From NCBI GenBank assembly GCA_021846045.1, contig JAJZCM010000005.1, forward strand, positions 1 through 62,436: 62,436 nt of DNA. The letters are read 5' to 3'. Both the position numbers and the translations under genes were made by a program. This document shows, piece after piece, positions 57,822-62,436 of this stretch. The notes below the pieces were generated by a model, which made no database searches, had not been told where the DNA came from, and worked only from the letters and a program-made list of their open reading frames with translations. This DNA is from a bacterium (GTDB lineage: Bacteria; Elusimicrobiota; Elusimicrobia; UBA1565; UBA9628). The number at the start of each line of letters is the position of its first letter. Within the stretch, counting starts at the first letter, position 1.

Positions 57822-59335
57822 ACTTGGACATCCCCCAATTTGTTGACGACCTTCATGCCGATAGCGATCCAAATCGTGCAGAAAAGAAGGGTAACAACGC
57901 CCAGAGGGCTAAAATAAAAAGCCGACATTTGCTGAGGCTGAAAAAGAAACATCACCAAAAGCATAATCCATGGCATGATGCCGACCACGATCGCTTGGAT
58001 TCTTTGCTGCGCCGTCATCGCGGCGGTCTTCTCTATTAATTTCGTTTCTTCGCGAATATTTTCAACAATTCGGTCAAAAAGTTTGGTCAGGTTTCCGCCG
58101 GCGGTCCTTTGAATGACGATGGCCTTGATAAAATAAGATAGAAGACGGCTTTGAACCCGTTCTTCCATTCCTTCCAAGGCTTTTTCAATACTCATTCCCA
58201 GCTGGTAATTTTTAAGACAAAGCCCAAATTCCTCGGAAATAGGCGGCGGCAAATCCTTCTGGACCATGCCAAAACACTGAACCAAATCAACTCCTGCTTT
58301 AAGGCCGTTGGACATCAAAATAAGCGCGTCCATCAGCTGTTTTTCGCATTTCATCCCTCGGCGAAAACGAATGTTGCGCAAAAGCCAGCCCGGCAAAATA
58401 AGCCCGGCATAAGTGCCCAGCCCGAAAAAAATAATAAAACCGAAGATGTTAAAAGTCAGAAGTCCGACTAGAAAACCCAACACGATCGGAGCGCCCACCA
58501 GATAATTAATTTTAATGTTTAAAAATTGACGCTGGTATTGATAAGCCCACTCTTTCGCCTTGGTTTTATAGATTTCGGTCGCTTCTTGGATTTTCGTTTT
58601 GTTTAGGCTACCTAAAAGCCAACCTCCAAAAAGCATGACGGCAACCCCCATCAGGGTTAGGAATGTCGATAAAGCCGGAGAGGCAGGACCCGGGACATCG
58701 GGAGGGGCGTAACCCGCCGGCGGTTGATTCAGCCTTTTAAAGGCTTGCTTGGACAACATCGAGACCGCCATGACTCCTTGCCGGTATTCCTTGAGATTGC
58801 CGTTGGTCAAACCGGTAATTAGACTTTCCATCTCCTTATCAATCAAAGAGAAAATGGACATCTCTTCCCGTCCGCGTCCGGCCAAGGAATTTTCAAGCCG
58901 CGCGCGATAGAGGCGATCCAAAGCCATCTCAAAACGAATGCGTTCGGTCTCATAATCTCCGGAAAGAGTCTTCGGATTCTGCAATTGCCCGCCGTCTTTC
59001 GAAGACAATGTTTTTCGCGTCAATTCAAAAACTTCGTAGAGAACCGCAGGGGGCCCCTGCCAAATTTGGGCCTCGTTGAGCATTCCCTGCTCCGGGTCCT
59101 GCCAGACCGGATGGGCCATCATCGCCGGCATGATTTGATCCACCCAAGCCGGCACGATCAGAGCGGGATCGCGATCCTTTTTAAAGTAGTGATAAAAACG
59201 CTGGACATCCGATTCTGCTCCGTTCTGAGGGTTGAAAATATAATTAATTTGCGCCGGGTTGAAATAATCGGCGGAAGCGGGAAGAGATAAAAAAAGCAGG
59301 AACAAAAAATACGGTTTCATCTCTTTTATTTTCAT
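57818..59335 (-). CDS. tadB: TadB with extra N-terminal exported domain
   Basis: QLMDAL.LMSNGLKAG, PPISEEF, IQRTAGGNL, TAQQR; about 200-aa domain after a signal peptide. Confidence 0.85.
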   Translation of the reverse strand: MKIKEMKPYFLFLLFLSLPASADYFNPAQINYIFNPQNGAESDVQRFYHYFKKDRDPALIVPAWVDQIMPAMMAHPVWQDPEQGMLNEAQIWQGPPAVLYEVFELTRKTLSSKDGGQLQNPKTLSGDYETERIRFEMALDRLYRARLENSLAGRGREEMSIFSLIDKEMESLITGLTNGNLKEYRQGVMAVSMLSKQAFKRLNQPPAGYAPPDVPGPASPALSTFLTLMGVAVMLFGGWLLGSLNKTKIQEATEIYKTKAKEWAYQYQRQFLNIKINYLVGAPIVLGFLVGLLTFNIFGFIIFFGLGTYAGLILPGWLLRNIRFRRGMKCEKQLMDALILMSNGLKAGVDLVQCFGMVQKDLPPPISEEFGLCLKNYQLGMSIEKALEGMEERVQSRLLSYFIKAIVIQRTAGGNLTKLFDRIVENIREETKLIEKTAAMTAQQRIQAIVVGIMPWIMLLVMFLFQPQQMSAFYFSPLGVVTLLFCTIWIAIGMKVVNKLGDVQV

Positions 59336-61632
59336 TTTGGTTTTACCGGTTGCGTCGGATTTGGAACTCCAACGCCCAAGGAAAGGGCTTGTTTGTCCGG
59401 CGCGGGAAGGCCTTGTCTTTTCGCCTTATTTTCCTCGCTTTCAAAAATAGACTTCGGAACATTGAGCCCTTTAAAATGGAACTCCTCATGAAATGTCGGC
59501 ACGTAATCGCAGGCCGAAAAGTAGCCGACGCTTTGCCCCTTTTCATTAACGGCGACTTGGTGATACTTGTAAATATCCTGCATCGAAATTTTAAGCCCTT
59601 CTTTTCCTGTCACTTCCGTCACATAGGTCACGCGCCTTTTTCCATCCGAGAATCTGGTTAATTGAATGATGACATGAACCGCGCTTGAAATCATGTCGAC
59701 CAAAACCGACATCGGAAGCTCCGTTCCCGCCATCAAACACATCGCGGCCAAACGCGAAATCGCGTCGTTAGGAGAATTGGCGTGAAGAGTCGCAAGCGAA
59801 CCCTCATGGCCCGTGTTCATCGCTTGAAGCATATCCAAGGCTTCCCCGCCGCGGCACTCGCCGACCACGATGCGGTCCGGCCTCATGCGCAAACAGTTTT
59901 TGATGAGATCGCGAATTGCAATTTCTCCTTTCCCTTCGATATTGGGGGGACGCGATTCCAAGCGAACCCAATGTTCCTGCATCAAATTGAGTTCGGCGGT
60001 GTCTTCAACGGTAATGATGCGCTCATCTTCTGGAATAAAATTCGACAACATATTCAAAAAGGTTGTTTTTCCGGTTCCGGTTCCGCCCGAGATAATAATG
60101 TTCTTGCGTAAAATAACGCAATTTTTGACGAACTCAATGAGCTCGGGAGTGCAAGCGCCGAAGCCAATCAGTTGTTTATAAGTAAAGGGCTTCGCCGAAA
60201 AGCGCCGAATCGTCAAAGTCGGGCCGGACACCGCCAAGGGCGCAATGATGGCATTGACGCGGGAACCGTCTTTGAGACGGGCATCAACCAATGGCACGGA
60301 CTCGTCAATTCTGCGTCCAACCGGCGCGACAATGCGTTTAATAACCTGAACCACTTGGTCGTCGTCTCTAAACCTCACTGGAAGGAGCACCAATTTTCCC
60401 TGGCGCTCAATGTAGATGCGGTTAAACGAGTTGACCATGATTTCGTTGACGCTGGGGTCTCTCAGCAAGGACTGAAGAGGCCCAAGCCCTAATATTTCAT
60501 CAATGAGTTCGGCGCTGAAAACCTCGCGCTGTTGGCGGGAGAGTTTCAGCTCGGGTTCACGCTGCAAAAGACTTTCAATGATGGCCGAAACCCGGGTTCT
60601 ATTCTCTTCGTTTTGCTCGGTCTCATCTGAAATTCGGATTCGCTCGGTTTCCATCGCGGTCACAACCAGTTTGTGCATTTTCCCTTTCAATTCATCCCAA
60701 AAAGGCGGAATATCCCCCTCGGCGAGTCGCGCGGGTTCTGGCTTTTTCTTGGCCGTGGCGCCATCGGAAGAATCCGCGCCGAGGGCGGATTTCCATAAAA
60801 GCTCCGAGCCTTGCTGGAATTCATTGGTCTCAAGGCTCGATTCCCATGATTTAGCCGCAGGGATCGCGCTTCCCAAGCGAGCGAGCAAAACCTTGAGGGT
60901 CTTTGCCCAATCGTTTTGCATGTTTTCCGCGACCAGGACTTTCTGGGTATTGGCGCATTCGGGAATTAACTCCTCCCATGGCATATAAGCGAGCACTTTC
61001 TTTTGGAGCGTTTGGAAGAATTTGTCAATTTCCTGCGGAGCCAAGGAACCGGGAAGATTAGCCTGGTTGATCACCACTTCAAAACGCTCCAACGGAAAGT
61101 GAAGGGCTTTAAGCTCCGAAAAAATGCTGTAGGTCGCCTCGCAATGGCTTCTCTGGGGTAGACAAACCCAATAGACAAGATCGGCGAAATCCAAAGAGAA
61201 AATCTGCATTGGAAAGTACGGATCGACGTCGATGAAAATGTCGTAGGTCTCGGACAAGGCCCCCAAAACCTTGGCCACCACACGAGGCTCAAGCATCGTG
61301 ATTTCTTTTCTACTATTACCCAAGGGCAAGACTCCGACCCCCCACTGACTCATTGGAATCCGCCCGCGCAGAAGTTTTCCCAATCCCGAGGGATTGGGAG
61401 CGACCAAGGAGGAAAGTTGCGCCAAGGTCGGCGAATTCAAGCGCAATTGAAAAGAAATATCGTTTCGCCCCAGAGGGTCCATGGAGACGATTAAAACGTT
61501 GCGGTTCTGGGTTCCGGCCCACACCAAAGCCAAGTTAAGGCAAATCGCGCTTTTGCCGACGCCTTCCTTGGGCCCGGTGAAAACGGCCACCCGCCCCGGC
61601 AAGCTGACCGTCTTTGTTTCTGGAGTCGCCAT
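59332..61632 (-). CDS. tadA: CpaE/TadZ-like domain fused to CpaF/TadA ATPase
   Basis: GPKEGVGKS..LNLA (ParA/MinD-like); GLGPL, DARL.DGSRVN, GGTGTGKT, EDTAEL, RMRPDRIVVGE, TGHEGS. Confidence 0.92.
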   Translation of the reverse strand: MATPETKTVSLPGRVAVFTGPKEGVGKSAICLNLALVWAGTQNRNVLIVSMDPLGRNDISFQLRLNSPTLAQLSSLVAPNPSGLGKLLRGRIPMSQWGVGVLPLGNSRKEITMLEPRVVAKVLGALSETYDIFIDVDPYFPMQIFSLDFADLVYWVCLPQRSHCEATYSIFSELKALHFPLERFEVVINQANLPGSLAPQEIDKFFQTLQKKVLAYMPWEELIPECANTQKVLVAENMQNDWAKTLKVLLARLGSAIPAAKSWESSLETNEFQQGSELLWKSALGADSSDGATAKKKPEPARLAEGDIPPFWDELKGKMHKLVVTAMETERIRISDETEQNEENRTRVSAIIESLLQREPELKLSRQQREVFSAELIDEILGLGPLQSLLRDPSVNEIMVNSFNRIYIERQGKLVLLPVRFRDDDQVVQVIKRIVAPVGRRIDESVPLVDARLKDGSRVNAIIAPLAVSGPTLTIRRFSAKPFTYKQLIGFGACTPELIEFVKNCVILRKNIIISGGTGTGKTTFLNMLSNFIPEDERIITVEDTAELNLMQEHWVRLESRPPNIEGKGEIAIRDLIKNCLRMRPDRIVVGECRGGEALDMLQAMNTGHEGSLATLHANSPNDAISRLAAMCLMAGTELPMSVLVDMISSAVHVIIQLTRFSDGKRRVTYVTEVTGKEGLKISMQDIYKYHQVAVNEKGQSVGYFSACDYVPTFHEEFHFKGLNVPKSIFESEENKAKRQGLPAPDKQALSLGVGVPNPTQPVKPK

Positions 61633-61633
61633 T

Positions 61634-62377
61634 TTATTTCACGATCTCAAGGGTGATGAACAAAAACAACGTTGACTGCTGCTCTTGAATGCTGGTCTGC
61701 GTAAAGAGAAGTCCCAATAGCGGAATGCGGCCCAAATACGGTACGCGCGTTTTAGTGATATTTTTAGAACTGGTCTTAAGCCCCCCGATGACCAGGGTTT
61801 CTCCGCTTCTGACCTCAACCGCAGTTTGAATTTGACGAGTCGTAATAGAAGGCACGACGCTTCCGCCGACCTGAACGGTCTGTGAATAATTGGGGTTAGA
61901 CACCTCTAATTGAAACTGCGCCATGATATGATCTTTTCTATTGGGGTCGACCGAGACCGCCGCATTTAAAATCGTCGCTATTTTCTTAAAACTCACTCCC
62001 ACGCCTTGAACATTGACGACCGGGTAGGGCTGTTCCCCTCCAACGACAAAATTAGCCTGCTGCCCCGATTGAACGATGACCTTGGGGTTCGACAAGGTCT
62101 GCGCTTTTCCATCGGTCTCCATCATTTGAAGAGAAGTTTGCAAAGCCGTTTTCCTCGCGAAGTCCCCAATATGAATAAGCCCGGGAATCGCGGTCTCGGC
62201 GAAGCTAATTCCCGTCTGAAACGGACCCCAGTTAAAACCTTCTGCTTTGTTCACGGAACCTGAAATCTCCACGATATCGGCCGATATTGAAATAAGGGGC
62301 GTCTTATCCGCCGCCCGCGCACGCATAGGCGCGGCCAACAGAACAAGAAATATTCCCCACCACTGTCGCATTATCAT
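61634..62377 (-). CDS. Minimal secretin (RcpA/CpaC-like); start 62377 or 62371
   Basis: TLSNP, GQQANFVVGGE.P, VRSGETLVIGGL, VPYLGRIPLLGLLF, LFLFIT. Confidence 0.88.
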   Translation of the reverse strand: MIMRQWWGIFLVLLAAPMRARAADKTPLISISADIVEISGSVNKAEGFNWGPFQTGISFAETAIPGLIHIGDFARKTALQTSLQMMETDGKAQTLSNPKVIVQSGQQANFVVGGEQPYPVVNVQGVGVSFKKIATILNAAVSVDPNRKDHIMAQFQLEVSNPNYSQTVQVGGSVVPSITTRQIQTAVEVRSGETLVIGGLKTSSKNITKTRVPYLGRIPLLGLLFTQTSIQEQQSTLFLFITLEIVK

Positions 62378-62415
62378 GTTGTCGTACTGAAAAAACGGGA
62401 ACGCCGCAAATCCGC

Positions 62416-62436
62416 AACTACTCACGTCACCCCGAC
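62416..62436. repeat. Partial CGTC-type REP at window end
   Basis: AACTACTCA-CGTCACCCCGAC is the reverse complement of the 3' end of the 34222-34298 copy. Confidence 0.7.

Noticed and set aside
1-62436. tRNA, rRNA, prophage or integrase
   Set aside because: None recognised by eye; tRNAscan-SE and cmscan were not run

Overview
A 62.4-kb bacterial chromosome segment from a diderm (LptD, secretin, lipoproteins). Gene style suggests Elusimicrobiota, but that is inference. It is mostly housekeeping: rocD, glgP, rnd, KimA-like permease, dksA, gltX, recN, nadK, comEC/comF, dps, di-haem peroxidase, a gap-rocF-pgk-resB-ccsA-hemA-M16 run, msrBA, ahpC, lptD, folC, murA, prmC, prfA, rpmE and mltA. It ends in an atypical Tad pilus operon with a minimal secretin, a CpaE-CpaF fusion, TadB carrying an extra exported domain, TadC, a TPR protein, an output-less HAMP/PAS sensor and MltA. 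Two small accessory islets are present. The first (about 19.8-23.3 kb) holds an RHH/CycH chimera, a collapsed IS3, a phospholipase C-like gene coupled to a lipoprotein, and brnTA. The second (about 30.4-31.5 kb) holds a PD-(D/E)xK nuclease-like gene and a Fic remnant. The most distinctive non-coding signals are: two MITE-like elements with different, concertedly changed TIRs in the same CCTTAAGC target, one rewriting the GltX C-terminus; CGTC-type REP doublets, one in frame in a gene; a 66-bp structured tandem repeat before gltX; a leader hairpin covering the RBS of the KimA-like gene; and repeated leaderless-type promoters. No rRNA, tRNA or CRISPR array was seen. All calls rest on motifs read by eye; no database searches were run.
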